DNA of 64,000 bases from Octopus sinensis (lineage: Eukaryota), in NCBI RefSeq assembly GCF_006345805.1, contig NC_043004.1, forward strand, positions 81,778,001 to 81,842,000, given 5' to 3'. Made by a program: the position numbers and the translations under genes. This document shows positions 52,801 to 64,000 of the stretch, one piece after another (the first letter of the stretch is position 1; each line of letters starts with the position of its first letter). The notes beneath the pieces are model-generated. The model saw only the letters and a program-made list of their open reading frames with translations. It was not told the DNA's origin and searched no databases.

Positions 52801-53188
52801 TAGGGACGTGCCGCCAAGGTAGACAAGGTAGGCAGTGCCTACCTTGAATAAAATAGATCAATAGCAACACCTTCCTTTCATGGCAAAATGTGAACCTAAT
52901 TCAATGAAATTATGAAGGTTACTCTGATTACTATGCACAAAATGCAAAATATTTTATGTTTTTTGTAGATTAGTTTTAATCTCAGTATTTAAGCTACGCA
53001 TAAAACTGCTGTAATACACACGTGCCGTGTACACTCCTACAACACCGTTTTCTTTACGAGCTATATAGACAGAAGTAAATCTGCCTTCAACTCAGTCGCG
53101 CGTTTGTGTTTCGCTTATATTTTGTGTGTTTTACTACATAAAGGTCACCAACTGCCTACCATAAGTAATTACTGACGGCGCGTGCCTG
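52801..53188. mobile_element. hAT-like non-autonomous element inside a minus-strand SINE A
   Basis: TIRs tagggacgtgccgcc / gacggcgcgtgcctg (11/15); 8-bp TSD cttcggcg / cttcggca; SINE A halves resume on both sides. Confidence 0.8.
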
Positions 53189-54123
53189 CTTCGGCATGAT
53201 TCGAACAGAGAGCAATAAGAGCCGGAATAAATACTGCAAAGCATTTTTTCTCGAAGCTTTAACGGTTCTGCCTGTCTACTTCCGTCGATGCTCTAATAAT
53301 TCTGGTAACACCGATAAAAATAATTTATTACTCTGTTTTGTTACCATATCATAAATTTATAGCGAATGTTTGTCTGAATAAACTAAATCGATCCCCGGAG
53401 ATAAGTACGGGATTCTAATGTTTAGGAATTCTGCAAGATATTGAGGAAACGAAAGAGAAGCATGAAAGCTTAGATTAGGGAGAATTTAAATGGCAAATTA
53501 TGAATATATTAGAGAAATATATGCGTTGAATAAATGTCAATACTGAGATCAATATGAAATCGATATTATATTTTAAAATTAATGTTTTTAGAGAAAGGAT
53601 GGGTGAGAAGGATAATGGCGGCTTCGATGCGTCGAACAAGCTGCCGTTTCATGAAGTTTATATTCAGTGTTCAAAGCCTGTTGATTTCGATTTTACTTAT
53701 TATTCTAACAGGATCAATAAGATAAGTACTTGTTAAGTGCTGGAATTAATAAAATCAATTGGCCCGGCTCTTCGACGATTACGGTAATGAGTGGTCCTGT
53801 TGATCCGACTAACAGAACATCCTGCTCGTGAAATTAGCATGCAAGTGGCTGAGCACTCCACAGTATCGCGTGCTCTTAACGTAGTTCTCAGGGAGAGTCA
53901 GCGTGACACAGAGTGTGACAAGGCTGGCCCTTTGAAATACAGACAGTACACATGTTTGCCCGATCAGTGGACAGGAGCGACAAGAAATAAAATACCTAGC
54001 TCAAGGACACGTGGTCTTTAGATCGTGAACCGAATATCTTAGCCAGTAAGTCACAGGCCTTCACACTAAAATCAATTTTAACCTACAAAAACGTGTGTGG
54101 TTTTGAAATTAATTGGGGTTCTT

Positions 54124-54300
54124 TTTACCCTGCGCGCGTAAGCGAAAGCAGAGTATTGTAGTCACTCGTCTGTTTGCAAAATTATTGGAATAATGCTGAA
54201 CGGATTTTCCCCAAATTGGGCTGAAATACTCATTGGGTGAACGGCTCGAACTCATTAAATTTTAGTTTGATTATTTTCAAAACTAGCAGACGGGGGAATC
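54124..54300 (+). mobile_element. Helentron/HINE-like non-autonomous fragment
   Basis: ttttaccctgcgcgcgtaagcgaaagcagagtattgta start and aatgctgaacggattttccccaaattggg, motifs recalled from such elements; no full architecture seen. Confidence 0.35.
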
Positions 54301-55145
54301 AAAATGTTTTGACTGTGCAGATTTTTTGTGAAAGAATTTATGTGCATGCATGGTTTGCATCGTTCTGGCATGTTCTCAGCACAAGAGTCTATTACCAGCA
54401 GATAAAAACATGTATTGTGTCTATTAAATACTATTTATCTCTCACCAGATGGAATACTCTTTTTGTTGATCTTACCATCACGGAACAGTACACAATATAT
54501 ATATATATATTAGACAAAATGTGATAACAAAACCAAGGCTGTGAGGAGTGTTCAAGAATATATATGGCTGTATATGTGAATATATATATGTGTGTGTATG
54601 TGTGCACGCGCGTGTGCGTGCGTGAGTGTGTGAATGTATATAGATGTATGTGTAGGTATGCGATAGATACCATGAGCGAAACTCTCATATAGGTTTTTGG
54701 TGCAACATGCACACTTGTTTATATCGCTAGCGGGGAGACAACTCCCCACCAGCTACAACACCGAGACCACCAGATCACCTGGTTTCGACCCTCCTTGGTC
54801 TCATCGGTGACGGACGCTCGACTGCTAGAGATGACAGTGATTCATCTCTCCTCTAGAGATATATAAAAACAACTCAATTCCTGAACAGGCACTGGTGTGG
54901 TGAATAGCCAGCGAGCTTATTAAACAATATATATTAGTGACAGAGGCAGGATCAAGTACTAGACTTGAACAAACTAGGTCGATTCAGCAGATTAAAAACT
55001 CCCCATGGTGGTGCCCCAGCATGGCCGCAGTCTAATGACTGAAGCAAGTAAAAGATAACAAGAAATTAGTATTGAGTCCTGTAATTTATCGTTTCTAGTG
55101 AATCAAGGTTTAGAAATCATTTTTAATTTAATTTTTTTTTCAAAC

Positions 55146-56422
55146 TAAGGCGGCGAGCAGGCAAAAGCGCTAAGCACGCCGGGCGAAATTCTTAGCGGCA
55201 TTTAGTATGTCTTTACGTTCTGAGTTCAAATTCCGCCGGGGTCGATAAATTAAGTACCAGTTGCGTACTGAGGTCGATCTAATCGACTGTCCTCTCCCAA
55301 AATAATTTCGGGTCTTGTGCCTAGAGAAGAAAAGAATATTGGTTTCAAACTTCAGTTTGAAATTAGAACGTAAAGACTGACGAAATGCCGCTAAGCAATT
55401 TGCCCACCGGGTTAACGATTCTGCCAGCTCGTAACCTTAGTATTAATTAAATATTGAAAAGCTCTGAAGCTTTCTTTCATGGCTCTGAGAAGCGAAGTCA
55501 ATGCGCTTCATAATAAATTTCGTCCAGAAGCATTGTGTTATAGGGTAGATTGCTTATGTCAGGAAAAATGACAAGTAGATGTCTACTCAACGACATAAAC
55601 ATAATGAAATTGTCCATTAGAAAACGGAAGACAAATATATTGGAAAACCTGAAGAGGCATCTTTGTATATAGTCACAAAAAGATTGATTTTTTTTTTTTC
55701 TTAAAACAAAATTATACATAAAACAGAAGATATCGAACAAAACTTATCGTGCAGATGAAAGATATGAGAAAGAAAAGCGATGCGTGGGCGATTTTTTGAG
55801 AAAATCAGAAGCGACATCAAGACAAGAACAATAAACTTGAATAGAACATAAAGGGTTGCTTTTAAGTGTAAAACAAATTTATCTCTCATGGGTGCACCAA
55901 ACATGGTTTAAGCAGAAATAGATACAATTCAATAAGATGATATCTAATCGAATGTATTACAAACTCAATGAAAATATCAATATTCTTCCCACTTAGTACG
56001 TTCTGAGTTCAAATTACCCAGCGGTCGACTTTGACCTTCATCGTTATATTTCGGGGTCGATAAATTAAGTATCAGTTGAGTACTGGGGATCAGTGAAATA
56101 CACTAGTGCCCCCGCCAAAATTTCAGGCGTTGTGCCTTTCTCAGAAAGCGTTAATGCCCTCCTTATTAAGGCGGTGAGCTGGCAGAATCGATAGCACACC
56201 GAGCAAAACACTTAGCAGTATTTCGCCCGTCGCTTCATTCTGAGTTCAAATTCCGCCGTGGTCGACTTTGCCTTTCATTTTTTTCGGGGTCGATAAAGTA
56301 AGTACCAGTTGAACACTAGGGTTGATGTAATCGACTCATCCTCACCTCCCCCAAACTGCCCTTCTGACAAAAATTTCAAATAATAATAATCATAATCATC
56401 ATCATTATTATTATAATTATTA

Positions 56423-56460
<38 letters not shown>

Positions 56461-56507
56461 GTTATTATTATTGTTGTTGTTGTTGTTGTTGTTGTTATTA
56501 TTATTAC

Positions 56508-56601
<94 letters not shown>

Positions 56602-56790
56602 TGTGTGGCGAACAGGCAGAATCCTTAGGACGCCGGGCAGAGAGCATTTCGTTCGTCTTTACGTTCTAAGTTCAAATTCCGCCGAGGTCAACTTTGTCTT
56701 TCATCCTTTCGGGGTTGACAAATTAAGTTCCAGTTACGCAACGGCCCCTTCCCTAAAAATTCCATGCCTTGTGCTTTTTGTAGAAACGAT
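55146..56790. mobile_element. Cluster of SINE family A copies
   Basis: Plus copies at about 55146, 55995, 56167 and 56600; minus fragment at 55360-55435. Confidence 0.8.
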
Positions 56791-56853
56791 TATTATTGTT
56801 GTTGTTGTTGTTGTGTTGTTGTTGTTGTTGTGTTGTTGTTGTTGTTGTTGTTC

Positions 56854-56903
<50 letters not shown>

Positions 56904-57458
56904 GAGTGAGAGAGCAGTGCATACCATCAAAGTGACACTGGGGTAAAATATACGAAGCCCAGTATACCCATCGTGACTACCCGTCTGATAAGGGCATATC
57001 AGGCACATGCATCACAACCATATGTGCGCGACACGGTGATCTTATATCAAGATAAACAGCGCATGGCCTTGCAGGTGGGGCCCAGTTAGAATTTTTTCCA
57101 AGTTGATTTGCCCATCTCACTCAAAAAGTCGCTGAATAAGGTTTGTTTAAGGATGTTGAACGAAACACCCATGTTTCCAGAGTTGAATTATCCAAACCCC
57201 AAATAATTCCTCTCAACACATGGCTATGATACTCCCCCACTACTTCTGCTCGTGATCAGAGATGCACAAATTATCAGCCACTAAAGGATATGGTCAACTG
57301 GTTACGGTCAAACAACTGACAAGCAAATCAATGGTATTGAGCAGAATATTAGCTGTAACCCATCTTTTATACCAAGACAAAAAGATGTAAATGATAACAC
57401 TTCCAATCAGTTAAGATCGAAAGCCATGTGAGACACTGCCTGGTACTGCATCAGGGCA
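56904..57458 (-). mobile_element. ~550-bp (AAT)n-associated element (copy 3 of 3)
   Basis: (ATT)n|gagtgagagagcagtgcat...ggtactgcatcagggca; collinear with copies 1 and 2. Confidence 0.86.
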
Positions 57459-57499
57459 ATTTTTCTTTTTGCACCTATGCTATGCATATGTCTCCTCTG

Positions 57500-58350
57500 G
57501 TGTTGGTGGTGGTGGTGGTGGTGGTGGTGGTTCTGTTGTCGGCGAAAGTGAGGACCTCCCTTCTCTCTTTTGTTGTGGGTAGAAGGCCTTTAGATAATTT
57601 GTGTCCTTACATAGGTGACACCCCCGGCTTACTATCTTCAACGTCAATATGGAGTTTGGTGTCATCTGGTAAATTTACGATGTCCGGAATTGTTTCTAAA
57701 CTTTTGTTATCCATTTGCACCCGCAACTCTAAACCTTGACTCAATCAGTTTTTATTTATACAATTTCCTCACCTGTAAGATGTTTGTGTTGTCCTCTACC
57801 TCCAGGAGGACAGCTGCCACCATCAAGCAGATGTCTATTTCTAGCGGTGTACCCGCAAATTTTATTTTCGCCACTCTACGACAAAGGCATACAGGTACTA
57901 AAGACAGGTCATTATTTTTAGGGGCAAGATGGATTACATTCTTGCCTCCTCCGCTGAAGCAAAGCTCACCTCTACAATGCCATATCTTTGCCCTTTTGCA
58001 ACGTAGGTTTTTGTGACCCACAGTGGACGTAGACAATTTTTTATTTGTTTTTGTGTTGTTCGTTCTCATCTACGTCTTTTACCTCCCTTTATTTCATAAG
58101 TTGCTTATTCTGTGTGTCTTTCACAATGGCTTCAGGAGTGTTAAGGATTACCTTTCTTCCATTTCTTTTTTAAATATAGTTTTAGCATTTCTTAAATCAC
58201 CTCTCAACAGAATTTCTTGTGTTAGCCTGACTGAGCATTCGAACCTGTTAGGGCGAGATTTGTCATTTTTGTCATTTTCAGCGACTGTTTTGGCATTAAT
58301 GGTGGCAGTGTTGGCGAAGAAGACACCACCGCCATATTGAATATTTTAGA
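57500..58350 (-). pseudogene. Degenerate non-LTR retrotransposon ORF1 (gag-like) with zinc knuckle
   Basis: Fragments YGIVEVSFASAEEA, RRVAKIKFAGTPLEIDI, LETIPDIVNLPDDTKLH and CHLCKDTNYLKAFYP (decayed CX2CX4HX4C), as in L1/Tx1-type ORF1. Confidence 0.58.
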
Positions 58351-58669
58351 AAGCATTTCGAAAAGAAAAATTTTCTTTTCGAAATTTCACCCTGTAGGGC
58401 AGATGACAATAACTTTTTACTCGGACCCTTATGGTCTACTCAAATTAATGACACGCTATACAACAAAGTGATACAACAAAGAGGAAACCAAAATAGACTT
58501 ATAACAATGAAAATAAAATCAGAGCGTTCATAACAGAGCGTTCATACAGAGCGTTCATAACACGTGTAATCCTTGCGATAAACAACAACAACAACAACAG
58601 CAAAAGGAACAACGGCAAAAGGAACAACAACAACAACAATATTAGCAATAATCCTTTTTTATTATAGGC

Positions 58670-58870
58670 ACAGCGGCCTGAAATATGTGGGGAGGGGGCA
58701 AGTCGATTAGATCGATCCCCAGAATGCAACTGGTACTCAATTTATCGACCCCGAATGGATGAAAGGCAAAGTCGATCTCAGCGGAATTTGAACTCAGAAC
58801 GTAAAGACGGGCGAAGCACCGCTAAGCGTTTCGTCCAGCGTGCTAACGATAATGCTATTTTACCGCCTTA
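58670..58870 (-). mobile_element. SINE family A
   Basis: Reverse-complement head ends at taccgcctt (58861-58869). Confidence 0.82.
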
Positions 58871-59552
58871 ATAATAATAATAATTATTATTATTATTATC
58901 ATTATTATTGTAATAACAATAATTGTAATAATAATAATATTAATTGTAATAATAATAATAATAATATAATAATAATAATAATAAATGCAATGAACATGTT
59001 GTAAGGGAGAGCTGGTAATGAAAGCGGGAAGGGAGTTGAATAAAACATTTTGAATTAAGCAGGTTTCGGATAACATCAAAGCTTTGCTCAACGATATGTG
59101 ACAGAGGAGCAGGAAATAACCGGGTATGTTACAAAATAGAGGGATTAAAACAAAACGAACAAAAAAGACGAAAACCTCATACTCCTAAATCTGGAAATAA
59201 ACCACGAAAGGGAATACAAATAGCTTGAAGGCTTTCGTAGAACAATTGAGGCAGAAACTTTTGGCAAAATAACACAAATGGCGAAGCTTCGTTCGGTAAC
59301 GATATTTCAATTTATCAATAATGGCTGTGTGGTAAGAAGTTTCTTTCTCAACCACATTGGTCTGGTTTCAGTTCCACTGTGTGACACCTTCAGCAAGTGT
59401 CTTCTACTATACCCTTTTGAGTAAATATGGCAGACGGAAACTGAAAGAAACCCGCCGTATATATTCTTTTACTCGTTTCAATTATTTGATTGCGGCTATG
59501 CTGGAGCACCGCCTTAGTCGAACAAATCGTCCCCAGGACTCATTCTTTGTAA

Positions 59553-59816
59553 ATAAAATAAATGAATGTTCCTTCTCGAGCCATGCTAGGCTCATAAGGG
59601 CCGGTGTCCCCGGTTTCAGTGGCGTAGAAATTTCCCACCTGGACGAGACGCCAGTCCACCGCAGGGTTACTCATTTTTGCCCGCTGAATGGACTGGAGCA
59701 ATGTGAAAATGAAGTGTTTTGCTCAAGAAAACAAAGCATCGCCTGGTCCAGGAATCGAAACCACAACCTTTCGATCATGAGTTCAACACCCTAACCACTA
59801 AGCCACGCGCCTCCAC
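59553..59816 (-). mobile_element. SINE family C inserted in a SINE B tail, 12-bp TSD
   Basis: TSD cattctttgtaa at 59541-59552 and 59817-59828; head ggaggcgcgtggcttagtggttaggg on the minus strand. Confidence 0.9.
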
Positions 59817-60029
59817 CATTCTTTGTAAGCCTAGTACTAATTCTATAGGTCTCTGTGCGATCACATGACCTGCTAGAAATAGCAGCCAAATATCAGCAAA
59901 ATCCTATCGTAGAATCTAGCAAAAAACGTGGTCAGGGAAAACACATTAGACAATGTAATCCTAGATGCATTATGAATGCAAAATAAAAACTGATTATTAA
60001 TGACTGGTAAAATCCCTTTAGCAATAGTC

Positions 60030-60700
60030 GTTTCGCTTTCTGATAAGCGAGAATTTGTCAGAAGGGCTCCAGGAAAGCGAAAGGACTCACGTTACACGAC
60101 GAAAGTTTGAGGGTAAAAGTCTAATGCTTTGGAGATACATAAAAAGTGATGATTCAAGAAAGAATGTTAAAATTAACGGTAACTTGAATAGTGTCAAATA
60201 CATCCAGTTGCTAAAGGACAATTTGATACCACACATGGATGAAGGGGAGATTTTCCAGCATGATGGAGACCCATGCCACAGATCGTGTGCAACACAACAG
60301 AGTCTGGCTGATGAAGGTATTACCGTATTGAAAGATTGGCCATCTCAGAGCCCTGACTTAAATATGATCGAGCAAATGTGGACAGAACTAAAGAGGAGAG
60401 TTCGTCAGAAGAATTCACACACGTCAGAAAAATCCACACAATTTTTAAGAGGTGTAGAAGCTCAGCCACAGAGAATGGCATCTCATACTTGTGAAGATCG
60501 TGAAGGACTTGTACGCATTTCTTTCCAGGCGCATTGAAGCAATTATTCAAGCTAGGGGAAGCCACACGAAATATTAACAATGTACAGTAACTTCTTGAAA
60601 TGAGCGTTATGTAATAAATTTTCATTATAGACATTTTTGTTTTGAAGCACTGTATCTTGATTGGTTTAAGTGAGGTGGCCGAAAACTTTTGCACAGCTAT
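60030..60700 (+). pseudogene. Tc1-family (DD34E) transposase remnant
   Basis: GKSLMLWRYI...NGNLNSVKYIQLL...IFQHDGDPCHRS...LKDWPSQSPDLNMIEQMWTELKRR; 3' TIR-like gtggccgaaaacttttgcacag. Confidence 0.88.
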
Positions 60701-60946
60701 TTTTGGTAGTCGTCTCACATCTTCCTCTCTCATTCAGAACCTCTGCTACAAAATATAATGATTAGGTATGGAAATGACTCCAACAAGACCAATGTTTCAT
60801 CTGTAGAAATCGCAATGACAAAAAATCCTCTTTTCAGTTGATGATTAGTAGAAATTTATAATAGTTTAAAACGTCTGAAGACTTTTGTACGATACTGTCT
60901 ATATGCATGCATATGTCAATATGTATTGTGCATGTGTAAGTATGTA

Positions 60947-60988
<42 letters not shown>

Positions 60989-61228
60989 TATATATACCAA
61001 TTATATACGATTTTATTATTATTTTGCAATTTACTTAATCATTGATATTTTATAGTTATTTTAATTTTAATATTTCTATTATATGTAATTTTCTAGATGG
61101 TGTAATTTAATTGTTCATTTTGAATTGATAAAAGGTGGGGGGGGGTTCTAATATATATATATATATATATACAAACCGTTAGATCTACACGTGCTATAAC
61201 GCTCTGTGCATCTAGGATTAAGAAGGCT

Positions 61229-61272
61229 TCCTACTGACGAACATTGCCTTAGCAAAACTGATCAGTCTGGGA
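61229..61272 (+). ncRNA. Decayed type I hammerhead (G12 region deleted) in a TA-flanked insert
   Basis: tccta CTGACGA acattgccttagca AAAC tgatcagt C tggga: stem I 5 bp, palindromic ACTGATCAGT stem III and GUC intact, GAAA lacks its G. Confidence 0.5.
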
Positions 61273-61475
61273 TATATCTGTAATGGTAAATATTTTTGAT
61301 TTTCTTTCCTTCCTTGAATTTATCCCTTTTTGTGTCTCTAGCACTACGCTTCCTTATTTGGAAGCCTTTTATTATATTTCTATATGAATAATATATTGTC
61401 TAATGACTAATTCGTCTTTTGTGCTAGGCCACTGATAATAATAATTTATGTTATTACCCTATTGATTATTTATAT

Positions 61476-61523
<48 letters not shown>

Positions 61524-61544
61524 TATATATATATTATATATATA

Positions 61545-62451
61545 TATAACAATTTAGGAGTGACCTTAACAGGCCATTCATCCACCAGAAAGAGCAGCCA
61601 TAACTCACACCGCCAAGTAGTAGTAATTCAGAAATTAGGTGAAAATTTAAAACATTTACCCTAATTCATCTTTTAGACGATGCATCGTTTCTGTGTTATT
61701 AATTTAATTAAGCTAATTTAATCATTAATAACACAGAAACGATGATCGTCTAAAAGATGAATTAGGGTAAATGTTTTTAAATTTTCACCTAATTTCTGAA
61801 TTACTACTACTTGGCGGTGTGAGTTATGGCTGCTCTTTCTGGTGGACGAATGGCCTGTTAAGGTCACTCCTAAATTGTTATATTTATATATTTAGTCTTT
61901 GACTATTTTCTCTTTTCCACTAGGCCGCTGGTAGCGATAAATTTCTATTGAATTTTTTGCTACCCTAAATTGACTAATTGATAATTTTCTGAATAATTCT
62001 GAGATTGAATCGGCAGTTTATATTACTGCTGATAAGTTTGGCGCGAATACGTCGGTCTTGAAAATTTTAAGACAGATATTCCGGAGGCATCGATACAGAC
62101 GCCTCGTGTATATTTGTCTCTCCCAGGTTTTTTACTGATGAAGTGTGACCTATGGTAGATTGGCTTATTTAATTTAATTAAGCTAATTTAATCATTAATA
62201 ACACAGAAACGATGCATCGTCTAAAAGATGAATTAGGGTAATGTTTTTTTAAATTTTCACCTAATTTCTGAATTACTACTACTTGGCGGTGTGAGTTATG
62301 GCTGCTCTTTCTGGTGTGGACGAATGGCCTGTTAAGGTCACTCCTAAATTGTTATATTTATATATTTAGTCTTTGACTATTTTCTCTTTTCCACTAGGCC
62401 GCTGGTAGCGATAAATTTCTATTGAATTTTTTGCTACCCTAAATTGACTAA
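61545..62451 (+). mobile_element. PLE-type inverted + tandem terminal repeats without ORF
   Basis: 61545-61703 is inverted at 61723-61883; about 61700-61978 is directly repeated at 62168-62451; (TA)n at both outer ends. Confidence 0.88.
62129..62227 (+). ncRNA. Type I hammerhead ribozyme, canonical core, long stem II, palindromic stem III
   Basis: ttttta CTGATGA agtgt...(tagattggctta/taagctaattta)...acaca GAAAC gatgcatcgt C taaaag; ACGATGCATCGT is a perfect palindrome; GUC triplet. Confidence 0.78.
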
Positions 62452-62554
62452 TATATATATATATATATATTTATTGTGTGAAATTTGATTTAGTATTTCT
62501 AAATTGAATTTTTTTCCCTGTAAAGTTTGGATTTATATTCGCTCAAATAATTAT

Positions 62555-62610
<56 letters not shown>

Positions 62611-63424
62611 GGGTGGAGAAGGTCTTGCGACGCACTGAATGGTGCCAGGTGCTGAAGCTCGTAGTTACTGTCATTGAAGAGAATCCGAAAACAACAGAAA
62701 CAATACGAGAAAGTACATCAGAGGATTCACTCTTCCGTTGCATCAAGGAGATTCACCTGCAGCGGATGTCATCGCTGTTGTAGATCAATAACAGGCCTTG
62801 TGGCTCTCATGCGAGCCTTCCAGAGGTGATCAATGAACAAGAACGGTCAACGTCGGCCTACGATGGACAGCCGACTTCCTACGCCACCGCTGAGCCTGGA
62901 TGCACATTCATCCATCCGTCGATTCTCTCGGTGTCGGGGGTTGACCTGCTTTCTCTTCTGCGGATCTTACGAATAGCAAAGGACCACGTTTCGGACTTCT
63001 CCCACTACTGGGACGAAGACCGCTTCGCTCAACAGCCAAATGATGACAGAGATAACGCTCAGGAACAAAATGATTACAGAAGCTTAATATGAGCAAGAAC
63101 TTTGTTCGTATGAATCGATGTTTTAACAGATTTTGGTCGGAATAAAAGACCAGATAGACACAAAATAACGATTCGTTGTCAGAAGAGATACAAAAATGGG
63201 GGAAATAAGAGAAAAATTAGTATCGAGAGCTGATCATGGTTTTGGTTGAAAAACTAAAAAAAAAGTTAAAGAAAGAAAACATCAATAATTGAATAATTAA
63301 TTAGTATCTCGTGTATCATATGCGGCATGTAACTACCACTAAAACCAATAACAAAAGATCATTGAACTTGGTGTGTATATGTGTATGTGTATATATATAT
63401 TATATATATATATTATATATATAT

Positions 63425-63600
63425 AGTGAGAATTTGCAAAAAACAAAAGACGAAGACGGGTGTGTAAACAACGAACAGATGTATTAGTTTAATGTTTAGG
63501 AAGAGAGAAAGTCGTTTACCTTTCGAGCCTAAGCTCTTCAACAGAAAAGAACACACGAATAAACAGGGAGAGAAAACAGAAAAAGGTTTAGTGACCCAAA
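63425..63600 (-). mobile_element. Solo PLE terminal repeat (family A variant) with mutated HHR
   Basis: Minus strand ttttCTGTTGAagagcttaggctcGAAAggt (stem III C to G); next to (TA)n; related to 8425-8635. Confidence 0.72.
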
Positions 63601-63817
63601 AAGTAAGTTTACAGTTATCACATAGGCAACTTAAATTTCTTTTAAAGCATTTCATCACATTTAAATTTCTATCTTACAAACAGAAAAGGGAGCTTGACAA
63701 AATTAACTAAATTAGCATAGAATAATGGTTTCATATTTTATATAATTAAGATCTAAACTGTTAATATATGATGCGGAAGAGATGGTTGAATAACTAAAAC
63801 TACTTTAGCTACCCTGT

Positions 63818-63885
<68 letters not shown>

Positions 63886-64000
63886 TTTAGATAGAGAGAG
63901 AGAGAGAGAGAGAGATGCATGTATGCATATATATATGTGTGTGTGTATATATATGTATATTTATGCAAATATATATATATATATAATGATGTTTGCATAT

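Noticed and set aside
54341-54382. Decayed hammerhead homolog on the minus strand
   Set aside because: G8 and G12 are altered and the triplet is non-cleavable; noted only as family evidence.
62985-63040. Minus-strand CTGTTGA...two hairpins...CGAAACGT motif
   Set aside because: G at position 17 and no stem I; likely coincidental.

Overview
Gene-poor, AT-rich, microsatellite-saturated animal genomic DNA. The tRNA-derived SINE families and (TA)n/(GATA)n/(AAT)n density suggest a cephalopod, probably Octopus (inference). No intact multi-exon host gene is visible. The only host-gene candidate is a possible first exon on the minus strand (43700-43511) below a CRE/CCAAT cluster (43935-43968), next to a 100-N gap. 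The rest is layered mobile DNA: two Penelope-like retroelements (PLEs; RT + CxxxxCxxC linker + GIY-YIG; 29090-32107 + and 14880-16250 -), many solo or inverted PLE terminal repeats (pLTRs), at least three tRNA-SINE families (one in head-to-tail multimers), Tc1/mariner/maT remnants, hAT-, piggyBac- and Helitron-like non-autonomous elements, and RTE, RLE-type and ORF1 LINE fragments. The most notable structure is that (TA)n tracts repeatedly hold short inserts forming snap-back palindromes and/or carrying type I hammerhead ribozyme (HHR) motifs. I read about six unrelated HHR sequence families by eye, some with canonical cores (9164-9216, 17462-17516, 62129-62227) and some with recurrent variant cores (CUGUUGA, CCGACGA). 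A separate ~550-bp non-coding element occurs three times in (AAT)n tracts just downstream of a SINE. All folds, alignments and family assignments were done by eye and need computational confirmation.
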